Shown one piece after another: positions 23,716-38,338 of a DNA stretch of 64,000 nucleotides (its first letter is position 1; every line of letters starts with the position of its first letter). The translations under genes were made by a program, and so were the position numbers. The notes below the pieces were generated by a model that was not told where the DNA came from, did not search any database, and saw nothing but the letters and a program-made list of their open reading frames with translations. The stretch lies in the NCBI RefSeq assembly GCF_009914755.1, contig NC_060930.1; one strand, written 5' to 3'. This stretch comes from the human T2T-CHM13v2.0 reference genome, Homo sapiens.

Positions 23716-26700
23716 CATAGATTAACAATTTAATTTAGAGAACTCAGCAAGGGATGAGGATGCACTAAAGGAGAGTATTTAGATAAATCTATTTTTTGCC
23801 TGGAAAAAAATTTCATAAGTGACGTTTTCTTTATTAAAGAAAAGTTAAGTGGTATTATATATGTATGTGTGTATGTGTGTAAACTGACAAAGGTTGCTTT
23901 ATCAATATTAGCTTAGACTACATTCATCCAATGTTGGAAAGCCCCACAGTTCTAAAAGCTTTATAAGTGAGAGCAAATGAAATGAAACCAGTGTATATTT
24001 AATTTTATTCTGTTGGAAAGTAAAAATCTGTGTTTGAATTTGGGAGGTGGGAGAGGTAGAGGATGTGAGAAGCAGGTGGAATGTCAAGAAAATATATTGA
24101 TTAAGGTTTAAAATTGCATGTGTAATATTTAGAATATTCTAGAACACACTTGACATCTATGCTTCTTGATTCTATATATGCAGACACCTGCCTACACTGT
24201 GAAAATAGTGAGCATCTTTAAATTGGGAAAGCGTAGAGGGGCTAATTCTCTCCTAATTTGAAATGTCCATATTTTCAGTTTCTTAGAATATGGAAGGTAG
24301 ACTCTCCAATGGTATCTTCAATTAAAATTTCTATATATCAAGAATTCTTATATATTTTTATTTCCAGATAACTAAATCTATATTCAATAGAAAGGGCACT
24401 AAAGTCAAAATATATCATCGGTTTACCCCAGGATTAGCCCAGGTTTTTCGTTTGGTTTGTTCTAAGTGTTTTATCTGCTTATTTGTCTTTAAGAAGACAG
24501 TTTTTTAGTGGAAGAGAATAAGATATTTTTAAAATTTAATAATCTATTTTTTAATCCCTTCAAATGGTAAATATTAAGTTAAATTATTCATTTAAATTTC
24601 ATTTAAAATTATTCAGAGCATTAATTTAAAACTTTCCTGTTGGTTCCTGTTGTATTAGCTATATTAATTTGAAACTTGTAAAATCTGTATATTCAAAGCT
24701 AAAGGCACTGTCATCACAACAAAAATAGATTATTGATATGTTTTCTTAAGATGCCATAATCAGAGCTTCTGTTTGAGTCATAGACTATATATAAATCTCA
24801 TATCTAGCTATGGCTTTACTTTTCGAGTATTGATTTAATATTTTTTCCTCTGGGCTTTCACATATTGCACATGACCAGTGAAAATTGTCAGTTGTACAAC
24901 TGGTTATTTATTATTTAATTTGCTTATTATTGTATTTGTTTGTTTGTTTATGTATTAATTATTTTCTACTTTACTCTTTGGCATCTGCATGCTAAAAATG
25001 AGTACAGATTTTAAAGCACCTAATATTATAAAAAGATTTAGAGATAAAATAAAATTCACGCTGTAACTATTTTAGAAAAAAAATGCATGTCTGTGAATAA
25101 CAACCACAACTGCATCAAAACATTAAAAGTAGATAATGACTATAAATCTTTAGAAAAATTGTGTGTTATCAGAAGCTAAGTGAAAGTAAGAATCCAATTT
25201 GATCTTCCAAATGTTAAGAGATATATCTTGATTATGACATTTATAAAATAAATATGCATGGTTTTATGTTGCCACTATTTTGAGTTTATATATTTTCATC
25301 ATGGCTCTTTGTTAACATTTGAACTCTTGTCACAAACAGTACTCTTGGTGGCACTTCAATCAGTATTACTTGGCAATATTTACCCCAGAAGAAAATGTTA
25401 CAAATTTAATTAAGAGAAAATTTAATGAGAAATGCACCATATACAAGATTTGCATTTTATTTGAAAATATTTTGTAAATTCATTAGATGCTGGACTTGGG
25501 CAATATTAAATTAATGCCCATACCTATGCTGCCTCTGCACTCTTCCTCAGTGATTTTCGACATATCTGGGCTTCACAAACCCTCTGTGTAAAGACTTATG
25601 GACACAATTATGTCTTTGATCAACATCCTTTCACTCAAAAGCACATACAAAACTACATGATTGAAACCAATGAATGATGAGTGAGTTCAAAATGCATTAA
25701 ACAAAACATTAATTTCAAATGATCAAAATAGAAATAACATTTAGAGAACTATGCCACTGTGGCTTATTTGTATAAGCTTCCCTTCTAGCTATTACAATTT
25801 TCTTATCATAAAAGATGAAAAACATTTCAAATGTGATGTTTTCTGAACACTATTAAAGAATTGATAATATTGTTTCTTGGAATTATTGTTATCCTTAAGA
25901 TTCCAAAAAGAGGAGTATATTTTCAGGATCTTCAAGAATGTGCCATTTGCAGTGCGTGAATCATTTTGAAATATTTTCTGATCAAGCAAATACCAGAATA
26001 AAAAAAAGAGAATTGAATAGTCAATACATACATATAAAAAGTTTTAAATACTTTGTTCTATTTATTATTAAACTGTTAAAAAAGTGTCAGCTTAGGAAAT
26101 ACAATTTTATATTATGGAACTTTCAAAAAAGCAAAGCAAGTATTTGAATATGCATACAAAGAGAAATATTAGCTGGATGAAAAAAAATTCTACTTTCCTT
26201 TTTGCTTCTATCTCCAAATCTAAATAGTTATTACTGGAAAATTTTCAGAAGGAATAATTTTAATGAACAAGTCTATCACTTTTTCGATATTTCAAGGATA
26301 TATAATTCACATGACAGACAATAATTTTCCCCAGAACTTTGATTTCCAAAATTATAAGAGGCTTTTATTTTATTCATCAGTGTTGTCTTTTTAATACAAA
26401 AATATATTGACATAATTGTAAGAAAAGAGATATGTTTATATTAGTTCCAAAAAAACCTGTCATTCCTTTTTCAGTCTATAATTATAATTCTAATTTTTTC
26501 TTAACCTTTGAAAGTAACTATTCTTTTAAATTTGACAGTCTTAAAAACCGTCTGTTTTAAATTCAAATACTTTAAGTATGAATTAGTAAATTGTGACATA
26601 TGGAGTGTTTCTATATTATATTATTATCTGATCATCTGAAAATTTATTGGATTTTAATTCTAAAAATAAGAAAAAAGTATATTTAATTGTGAAAAAAATG

Positions 26701-27736
26701 ATTAATATTTGTACTACTATAACCCATGTTGATATATAAGTAAAAGATATCCAACATGGATACTATAAGAAAGTTCAAGTAAGACAGAATGATCTAAAAT
26801 ATCTTAAAAGTAAATTTATATTTCCTACTTTCCAAAAATTATAGCTCCTGTAAACAAAGTTTCTTAGGTATGTTTCTATGTAAAATGAATATACTGCTAT
26901 AACTACTATATCCACTTATTTTCATAAAAGTAATATGCTATGGTGATTTATTTTCATAGTGTGTTTATGTGTTTAAAATGTATCTTAGGGACAATTTTAT
27001 ACCAGACCTTAAGAATTTATCTCACTGTTTTAAATAGGGGTGGGTACTTAGCCTCTTTTTTTTTAAAACTGATGAAACAAATATCTCTGTACATCTATTT
27101 GTTATAATTTTATGAGTGAAATTATAAGTTTATTTTCTAAGTCAAAATTTTTAGAAATTTTAATTTGATGGATATTGTCTTGGGGTATAGTATATCATTT
27201 TTCTAAACATTCATGCCCCGCTCCTTAAACTTTTACTAATCCCTGGCCATAGATGACAGGTAAATATAAGAGAAAATAACATACATGTTTTAGTAACTTT
27301 CAAGGAAGATGAGGTAAAACTGGGAAGTAGGGAGTGTTGTGTCAGTTTATAAGGGACTGAAGAGGCTGACCTAGTTTGAGTCAGAGAAGATCCCATTATG
27401 ACATGATATTTAAGCTGAGTCCAAAGGATAAGGAGTAAGGTATAGAATAGCCAAAATGTCACTCTTAAGAGGCTCAAACTGATTGCAGAATCATCTTTCT
27501 TATTTATACGCAACTATGAATAATGAATTAACAGTGAATACAACTAGCATACTCTATAATTTTTTCCAAACAAATAACATTTTATAGGCTATAATCTTTT
27601 ACTTTACCTAATTTTCGATGTCTTTTTAATAAAGATCTATAATTTTAAAAGTACTTTGTAAAATCTGGAATAAATTTTGAATTCCTCAACTAGTGCATAA
27701 AGGCATGATGAACGATAAATTTGCTAGCTTGTAAGA

Positions 27737-27775
27737 AACACACACACACACACACACACACACACCCCACACACA
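27737..27775. repeat. (CA)n microsatellite
   Basis: CA run with a cccc interruption. Confidence 0.95.
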
Positions 27776-29019
27776 AAATGATAGCGAAAACCTGCCTATT
27801 CCTTGCTATACTTAAAGTTAATCTTTTAAACTAGAATTATAAACATGTTCAATTTGTGCAAAAGAAAAGGAATAAAAAATATAATTCCTGAGTTTGGGAA
27901 ATTATAAAACATAAAGTCATTTAGAGAAAATTGGTCCTATAACTAAGATTCATACAGCTATCTGGGCTTGGCAGTTTGTATAATAAAATAAAAATACTTC
28001 TTCAAAAATTATGTTTACATTATGTAAGCAAGTTAACACTTGAGAATTACTGAGTTTTATTTTCTGCCATCTTAATATACAGCTGTTATAATGCTTATCC
28101 AGAGCTCATTTGAAAGTATTTTTTTAAGGAGCTAGAGCACATTTCTATATGGCTTGCCAGAAGCAGGCAGAGAGGGTCTTATTCCTTTAATTTATGTAAT
28201 GATTCGCTATTAAATGATTACTAGATTGAAGATAATACCTGGTTATCAAAGATTTCTGAAATTTAACATATTTTGAGCAATTGAAATTGGCAGAATAATG
28301 GAGTTAAGAAGAGTGTAGGGTGCTATATAGGAAATTTCAAGAGTATGACCTTGTCATATTAAGTTGTAGATGGTCACAGAACATACAGGAAGATGTCACA
28401 GGTAGAAGTATATATAGTGAATTGAATAAAGCAGAATGTGTCATGGTTGGAGATACCCATGACAAAAGAATTGATCATATGATAACTGAAGATTTGGGAA
28501 AGGATAAAAACTAGTGGAAAGAAAGTGGAAGAGAACATGAAAAGGTAATAAATAGTAAATATATTCTATAGAGTGAGTGAAACTTAGAAATCAATGGGAA
28601 AATTGTTGATATTAACTGGAAAGAGAAAGGAAATTACTTTATGGTGAACAGATATCTAATACAGATATAGCTGATAACGGAGTAAGAAGATGTATTGAGT
28701 TTTCCAGTATAAAGAATATAAACATGTGATGAAACAAAGTAGTGACAATTAGGGAAATCTTAAGTAGGTACATCTAAAGAGAGAGAGAGCTTGACAAGAG
28801 AACTTGGCAATGTATAAAAAACTTGGGCCAGTTAATTTCATAAGGGCAAAAGCTACCTTATGAGGGCAGTTTTAAATGAGAATACAGGACCAAAAGTAGG
28901 TTGTAACAGATCAAGATAAGAATTCAATGACTGAAAGCCTAGGTACTTCTGCAAATTGCCTCTTCAAAGACCACAGATATAAAGAAGATAACAGTGTTTG
29001 GAAAGAAAAGACATGCTTT

Positions 29020-29116
29020 TTTTTTTTTTATGTTTTTTTTTTTTATTATACTCTAAGTTTTAGGGTACATGTGCACATTGTGCAGGTTAGTTACATATGT
29101 ATACATGTGCCATGCT
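29020..29116 (-). mobile_element. Extremely 5'-truncated L1HS-type insertion (~100 bp) with TSD
   Basis: Minus strand reads ...aactaacctgcacaatgtgcacatgtaccctaaaacttaGagtataat plus poly(A); TSD catgcttt at 29012-29019 and 29111-29118. Confidence 0.85.
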
Positions 29117-29339
29117 TTATAGCTGCAAATTCAAGCAAGACTCACAAGGGAAAAAATGAGAATGATAGAAAAAGAAGCTATATGTTTAAGCATAGATGCC
29201 ATAAAAAGGTAGATTATTTCATTTCTCAAATTTAAAAATGTTGAAAACTTTTCTTAAGAAACCTATTCCCTACGATAGTGTTATTACTACATGCCTGTTT
29301 ATCCCTAACATGTTTATATTTTCAAGATAATGAAAAGAA

Positions 29340-30070
29340 AATCCCCATCTATGCCATGCCACACTTATAGATATCAAAAGATAAATAGATATACCAAAAC
29401 CAGTTATTTTGCATGCTTTGTCCTTTACCTACTTCATCACTTTCTCTATTACGTTTCTGCTTTCTCCCTTCTTTCTTTACATGTCCAGCTCTCCATCATA
29501 TCCATTAACTTTGGCTCAATTTTCTTCTTGATTTCAAGCCCTGTTATCACTTTAATTACCTTAGGAGACTCTAATACCTAATTGGATTACCAGTCCCAAA
29601 GCCTTCCCTTTCAATCTCTTCACCATCTTATTTGAAGTGACCCTCCTTTCTCTACTTTAATAACCCATGCCCACAGTCAAAATATAGGTCACAATTGGGA
29701 AAGCTCTGACCACCATTTTACTTTCCTCCAATCCATTATCTCGCTCTTTTCTTCATTTCCCTGATACCTGATTGGATATCCCATAGTCTTCATTTCAGGA
29801 ACACATCCTCACTAACATCCTAAACTCCCTTTCTCCTCTGAATTTTGGTTGCATTGCATAGCAAAACTTCAACTTTAGATAAATTCCAACATTTGATTTT
29901 TCTATGATTCATCTAAGGACCTAATAGAGAAAAGTCACAAAAAAATACACATTATCACCAATTTCAAATGTTCCCTCACAACACTGCCCAGAGATGTAAC
30001 AAAGTCCATATGTTTAATTTACTTTACCATTGCCCACAGTGAGTAATTTAAGCCTTCTTCAAATTCATTA
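29340..30070 (+). mobile_element. L2 remnant
   Basis: Pyrimidine-rich degenerate L2 ORF2 sequence (gcaaaacttcaactttagataaattccaac..gagaaaagtcaca). Confidence 0.55.
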
Positions 30071-30411
30071 AACATTTTCTACCCTTCTGTATTTGTTACA
30101 AATATGTTCAGTTGCTGGACATGTGTTTATTTTTTATTTTTTATTTTTTTGGTTTTACTAATAAAGCTGCTATCATTGTTTTACATGAGTTTTTGTAACA
30201 TAGATATTCAGTTCTCCTGGGTATACTTGGTAGCGGAAATAGCTTGTCCATAGGTTCTTTTAAACTTATATGAAACAACCAAACACTTTCTAAAATGATT
30301 GTACAATTACAGAACTGAAAATGTCTTCTTCCAGTTAGTACATATTCCTGCAAAAATATTTTTGCCACTCTAGTGCATGAAATGGTACCTCACTGTTTGA
30401 ATATGTATTAC

Positions 30412-31975
30412 TGATGCCAGCAGCGGTCCATCTGGAGTGGCCACTGCAAAGACACTGGCTGCAGTGGGGGAGGGGTTGCCAGGGTTGCAGGGGCCAACAA
30501 GAGCCAGGAACTGGCGGAGTGGGAGCCCCTACTCCTGGCCAGCTACAATCACCAAGCTGCAGCTCTGGACCAGGGCATCTCTGTGTTCTCAGGGGCCCAG
30601 GAAGCCCTTACCCCAACAGGCCTAGAAGTACCTGCTCCTGCTATCTGGCCTCTCCCTACTACTGGCAGAAGCAAAGTTGTGGCTGAGCCTGGGAACTGTC
30701 ATGACCCGGCTGTGTGAGCACACACTCAGTGTGGTGCTGACATGTCAGGCCCTGCTGCCTTGGCCCACTCCCCACTTTCTGCATCAACAGGAGGGAGGCC
30801 AAGGGGGAGCTGAGAGATGCCTGCAGGCATCTCTCGGCACAAACAGACTGGCACCATGGTTCACATGTTGACGGTGGGAGGCAGATAGGTTCCTGGGTGG
30901 ATAGGGGCAGGCCCCCTGGCACTCACTACCTTCAAGCCAGGGACAGCCTGAATCTTGAGGGCCAGGCTGCCAGTTCCAGGTGGAGTACACACCGGGAGTG
31001 AGAACTTACGGTGCTTTTTCTGGGTCTGCCCACGGACCAGTCAGCGTGCACTTCCTCCTTTCTGAGCCCATATAAACCCTGGACTCAGACAGACTCAAAC
31101 AGATCGCGGGACTACCAGCTGCAGGAAGGAGCTACCCCCTGCGGACCTCCTCCCCTCTCCTCAACTAATCCTGATGATCTGCCTGCGGAAAGGAGCCACT
31201 CACTGTGTGACTCCTCTCCACTGAGAGCTGGACACTCATTGGGACAAGCTTTCTGCAGAAAGGAACTACCCACTTCAGGTCTCCTGAGAGCTGTTCTGTC
31301 ACTCACTGAAGCTCCTCTCCACCTTGCTCACCCTCCAGTTGTCTGTTTACTTCATTCTTCCTGGATGCGGGACAAGACCTTGGGACTTGCTGAATGGCAA
31401 GACTGAAAAAGCTGTAACACAAACAGGGCTGAAACATGCCCACTGCTCATCACATTGTGGGCAACAAGAGGAGAGAAGGGTTGAGGCCCTTTGGGGAACT
31501 TATACCTAGGGCTTCTCCAAGCCAAGGCTGTGACACTTTCTTTGGGGTTCTGTAATTCCTGGCATCTCTAAGCTTCTGGGCACCACTGCATTCCCTGGTG
31601 CCTGCAGTTGAAGACACTTGCAATATGCCTGGTCCCGTCACAGCCTTGCATGGAGCCAGTACCTGTACCAGTGCCTGGAACTGCCTACCCCACTGCAGCT
31701 GGCAGGCCCAGCTGTGTGCAGTGCCAGACCTTGCACTCCTTGGCTCAGACACTCCTTGCAGACCTTGCACTCCTTGGCTCAGACACTCCTTGCTGCACTG
31801 CGCCTGGCTCGCTATTGGCAGGCATGGGATCTGGGCCAGTAGCACAAGCTGGGTGTGGCCTTCCAGGCCAAGTGGGCGGAACGAGCCCAGTAGGCCTGAG
31901 CAAAACTTGGGCAAAGGTGCCACTGGCTACAGAGGTTTCCAGCTAGAAAAGTGACACCCCAAGGATCCTGTGACA
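30412..31975 (+). mobile_element. MER52-family ERV1 solo LTR with 4-bp TSD
   Basis: TG...CA ends (tgatgccagcagcgg...ggatcctgtgaca), TTAC TSD at 30408-30411 and 31976-31979, GC-rich, TATA-like tataaa at 31071. Confidence 0.9.
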
Positions 31976-33077
31976 TTACCTTAATGAATAATGATATTGA
32001 GCAATTTTTAAAGGTAGTTGTTGGTAAATATAACTTCCTTGTGTTTTTTCCCCCAAGTCTTTATTTTTTTAAATGACTATTTTTCTTTATTAAAGATTTT
32101 TAAATATATATATTTTGCATTGCCTACACATTAGCTTAGTCTATAGGCTGCTTTTTTTTTCTTAGTGATGTATTTTAAAGAGAGTTATTCAAGTACTATT
32201 TATTCAAGTACTGGTTATTCAAGTACAAAAATTATTTTTATTCCTTTTAAATTGCTTTAAAATTTTGGAAAATCTATTACTCATGTGTGTGAAAGCCTAT
32301 TTCTGAACACTGTATTCTATTTTTTAATTTGTTTTTCCATCTTCACTTCAGTAGCTTAATTAGTGTAGCTTTTTGATAAGTTTTGTTTTTGAGTTTGTAC
32401 TCTTTCAAGATTGTTTATGTATTCTGTAATCTTTGAATTTCCACATGTATTTTAGGTTCAGCTTATAAATTTCTACCAAATTAAAAGACAACATAGAATC
32501 AATTTTGAAAGAAGTGGCATTTTCACAATACGTGGTTGAATATATCATTTATTATTATGGTATATTGCTTAAATTTTCTTTATTTTTCTCCATGATACTT
32601 TGAAGTTTTAATGTTGATTGTTTGATGTATTTATTAAAGTTAATGCAATGTATTTTATTAATTGTATCCCATTTAAATCAATGTTTTAAATTTTATTTTG
32701 TGAATATTGGTGGGTTATATGATATGAACAATTGCTTTTCATATTGACATTGTATTCTGATTTCTTGTATGCATCTTTTAACTTAATTTTAATATTAAAA
32801 AACTTATCACTTGAAAACTGATGAGTTTACTTCATCATTTTTTATCAATGTGTCTTTCTTTTTTCTTGCCTTATTGCACTGGCAATAAAATCTTACTTTG
32901 ACATAGTGAAAATGAACATCATTGCCATTTTATTGATGTTATTATAAAAGCAGTTTTTTATCCTTAAGTATGTTGTTGCCTGCAAATATTTTGCAAATGA
33001 TCTCTATCAAGTTTTTGAAGTTTTCTTGTATTCCTTGTTTTCTAAATATTGAATTTTGTCAAATGCTTTTTATACAT

Positions 33078-33979
33078 TAAATGGGAAGACAATCTGTTTT
33101 TCTGTACTCACAACACTTCTATATCGTGTGTGTTTTCCACACCAAGCAATTCTCCAATCCTTTGTGGGCACCTTTTGCATGTCTTGTACTTCAGTTGGAT
33201 TCTGATACTATCTACTTGGAGTTAGATTAACCCCCCAGGTTAAGGGCTCAGTCCCACAAGACTGCCACCTACTTCAAAGGCCAATCCCAGTCCAGGCCTC
33301 CCAAACCTCCAGTTCTACTGCTATAAATTGGAGGATTCCTCCATCTCCTCTTTAGGTGTGATAATTTGCTATAATGGTTTATAAAACTCTGTGAAATATT
33401 TACTTACATTGAACGTGTGTATTATAAAGTATACAAAAAAGAATAGAGATGAACAGCCATATGAAGAGGTACATAGAGTGAGGTATGTAGGGAGGAGTAC
33501 ATAGCTTCTATGCCCTCTCCTGGCACACCACCTTTCTAGCATATTTATGTGTTCTTGTTCACGAACTCAGAAGCTCTCTGATTCCCAACTTTTAGTGATT
33601 TTTATAGTCTTTACCATGATTATGCCACCATGTAGGCATGATTGATTCTTAACTAAAACTCCAGACCCTCTCCCCTCTGGAAGGTAAGAGGTGAAAGTTC
33701 AATGCTTTAGTTATGGCTTGGTCTTTCTGTTGACCAGACTCTATCCCAAAGCTGTCCATGAGCCCACCAGCAGTCACCTCATTAGAATAAAAGATGAACC
33801 TTTTACATAGAAAATTCCATGATGTTAAAGTGCTCTGTATTGGAAACAGGGTCAAAGACCACATATTAGAACAAGACATCTTTCTAATACCCTATCACTC
33901 AAGAAATTAGAAGAGCATTAGAAGCTATGTGTCAGGAACCAGGGGCAAAAACTAAACATATATTTGTCATTATGTCACA
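33078..33979 (-). mobile_element. MER21-family LTR
   Basis: ttaagggctcagtcccacaagactgcc; cagcagtcacctcattagaataaaaga; gtgtcaggaaccaggggcaaa..atatatttgtcattatgtcaca. Confidence 0.85.
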
Positions 33980-34044
33980 TACACCTACTAAATGATAACG
34001 TTATTGTTTTCTTTTGTTATCAAATAATGATGACTTTATATTGA

Positions 34045-34386
<342 letters not shown>

Positions 34387-35123
34387 TAAGTCCAGTGGTT
34401 CATACATTTTCAAAATCTTGTCATTTGTTCTAGATTATATTATCTAATTATAGAGTAAACATACTGGATCCAGACCATAGGGAATGTTGCTCTGTAAAAG
34501 TCTTGTTCAAATATATTTGTCGGATATTGGTATCAAGGTTATACTGGCCTCTAAACTATGTTAAGTCCTTCCCCTCCTCTATTTCTGGAGAATTTTGAAA
34601 CCATTGATATAATATCTTCCTTAAATATTTGATAGAGTTTACTAGAAATTTATAACTTTTATTTAAATTTTAAAATATGAGAAAAATGTTTATATATTAT
34701 ATATATAGCCTTTTAAAATGTTTTTCTAGTGATTTCCTCTTGTCATCTGTGATATTGTTAATTTTATTTTTAAAACGTTAAGATTTTCACTATTTCATTT
34801 TTTTCAAAGAACCATTTTTGTTTTTAGTTTATTTTTATCTATTTCCCATTTTATTTATTTTATCTTTTGTACTTATTATTTCACTTCAATTATTAACCTG
34901 TGTTTTAATTGCTATTTTAAAATATGCTTTTTAATTCATTTTTTTACTTGGGGTTCATTATTATTAAGTTTGAAATATTAGTGATTTCTTCATCACAACC
35001 ATAGGAGCACCTTACTAACTGGAGGTTGACACTTGTAGATCTTTTATCTTTTTTGATTTCTAATTAAATTCATTGTATAAGAAGAATATATTTAGATTTT
35101 TTAGCACTGATATATATTGAGAC

Positions 35124-35627
<504 letters not shown>

Positions 35628-35919
35628 TATTGAGACTTTTTTACATCCCTGCAAATGGTTACATTCAGTAAATATTACTTGCGCATGTTGAAAGAATGGT
35701 ATCCTCACTTACTTAGTATAAACTTGGACAACTGAATTAGATCAATTCGGTGAATGTTATTTTTATTTTGCACAACTAATTGATTTTTTTTTACTGTTTT
35801 CTGAATTACTGAAGAGTGATATTTTAAAATACGCAATTATGATTTTGGATGAATTTCCTTATCTCTTGGATCTCTCAAATTTAGTTTGAAATTCTCTACT
35901 AGGTGATAAATTGACATAT

Positions 35920-36322
<403 letters not shown>

Positions 36323-37485
36323 TAATAAACTTTTTATGCTTAAAGTTTGCTCAGTGTATAGTTTTATAATCACTTTTTAAAAACTTTCTACATGTCTTTA
36401 AAATTAAAGTGAGCCTTTTAAAAGCACCTTATAGTAGGAAATTTATTATGCCAGAAAATTTTCCTTTTCATTGAATTGATTAGTCATTTAAAACAATTAT
36501 TTATAATTTTCTGTTTACGTTTTCTATCTTACCTGAATAATCTAGAAAAACAATAAAAGAGGATGAGATCATTTACTATATTACCTCCAAAACTCATATA
36601 TGATAGAATTATTGAAATATAGCATAATTTAACTTTCTTTCATCATTAATTGTCTCATTGATCTTCTCTCATTAGCTGAATAATTATTTTTTCATTCCTC
36701 TTTTAATTAAATGTGCCTAAAATTAAGTTTAACTATAATTTCCATTATGTAGGTAAAGAAATGTGAACAAAAAGCAAAGGAAATAAAACCAGAATATTAT
36801 ATTTCTTTCATTAATTTAAGATAAGTTTGTTTAAACAACCTTAGAACTAGGACTATGTTAAATCTTTTCAAATATTCATTTTAGTCCTCTTTGATAAATT
36901 TTCAAATCGCTTGACCATAATTTGATATATTTACATCCTCTAAAGAAAAATGTTTGATATGTTTTAAAGGTTGTGGCACTGAATTTATTAGCAAAACTCC
37001 GTATGACGTGAATTTTCAGGTTAGATCCAATTTTTTTTTATTAAAGTGAAGCTGTTTTAAAGTAACATTTGTTGGAATAAAATTTTAGGTTTTCTTTTTT
37101 TTTCTTAATTTTCTAAAATTGGTAAAGACTATATCACTATTGTTTTTCCTTTGTAGAATCATCAGATATCATTCTCACCACTTAAGAGGTCAATTGTGTC
37201 ATTTAGGAGGTATCTATTTCCTGAATTTGACATTAAAACTGTGTGTCATGTAGCTAGTTTTCAATATACACACATATAATTATATATTTCTATCTATATA
37301 GTTTTAATACCATATATATTTTTTAAAGTATGTACGTGTGTATACATGGATATATACATGTTCATATAATAAAGTTACATATAAAAACATATATGTATAT
37401 TTGTATGTTGGTAGTCATCCCTGCATTTGCACACATATATTCTTTAGGAAATATATATATGTGTTTTTTAAAAGTTTCAAACTTT

Positions 37486-38338
37486 GTCCCTTATCTGCCA
37501 GTTCCTAAGCTATTGTCACTCTCAGCTTCAAATCCACCCTTCTATACACAGCTTCAATGATCCTGAGACTAGGACTTTCAAACCAATTTCTGCTTTAACA
37601 GTTGTTCTCCATTATTTTCTTCTAATAGAAGGAGATGGGTAAACTGGACGTAAAAAGACTACCCCTTTCATTTGTACTTTCTGTTACTGTCGACATCACC
37701 CTCTCAATGTTTCTTCATCTCAGTAATATTAATAGCAGTCTGTTCCCAATCAGGAGTTGAATTCATTTTGCAAGTTGTCTACACCCTTAGGGCCAATTTT
37801 ATTTGCCTCTTAAAAATGCCCATACCAGTTGACCAGTGCTCCCTTGTTATGAGACTGGATCTCAGCTTCACAAAGACCTTCTTTTGAGGTCAGAGACATG
37901 AGACCAACAGCAACTTGACAGCAGCCCCTTATCAAGAGTCTGAGTTTAAACTCTGCAGGACCCCCCTACAAGTTTCTTCATCTTAATACTTTCTGCCTTT
38001 GCTCTTTACTGGCATCCATGTCCTACAATTCCTATATTTGTATTATTATATTAGTGTTCTTTTTTTTCTTATTTGATGGTTTAATCATTGATAACTATTT
38101 TTTTGTTTATTTGTGTTAAAAGAATTGGTATAATTTTTCCTGATATTTATTTATTTATTTAAATTTTTTTGAGACAAACTTTTGCTCTGTTGCCCAGGTT
38201 GGAGTTCAGTGGCATGATTATAGCCCACTATAACTTCAAACTCCTGGGCTCAAGCAGTCCTCTCACCTCAGCGACCCGCGTATCTAGGACTACAGGCATA
38301 TACTACCACACCCAGTATGATAGGCTGTCTGACTGACA
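37486..38338 (+). mobile_element. LTR41/LTR33-like ERVL LTR interrupted near its end by an Alu arm
   Basis: cagcttcaaatccacccttctatacac...gagactaggactttcaaacca; ends ctgactgaca. Confidence 0.6.
38145..38315 (-). mobile_element. Alu right monomer (FRAM/AluJ fragment)
   Basis: ttttgagaca..ttgctctgttgcccagg..ctcctgggctcaagcagtcc..ggactacaggc. Confidence 0.85.

Noticed and set aside
25670-25770. ATGATGA box C-like motif (possible C/D snoRNA)
   Set aside because: No appropriately placed CTGA box D or terminal stem
30414-31954. Dense cluster of overlapping 60-157 aa ORFs suggesting a gene or CpG island
   Set aside because: Entirely inside the GC-rich MER52 LTR. Stop codons are rare for compositional reasons, CpG is depleted and no protein is recognisable.
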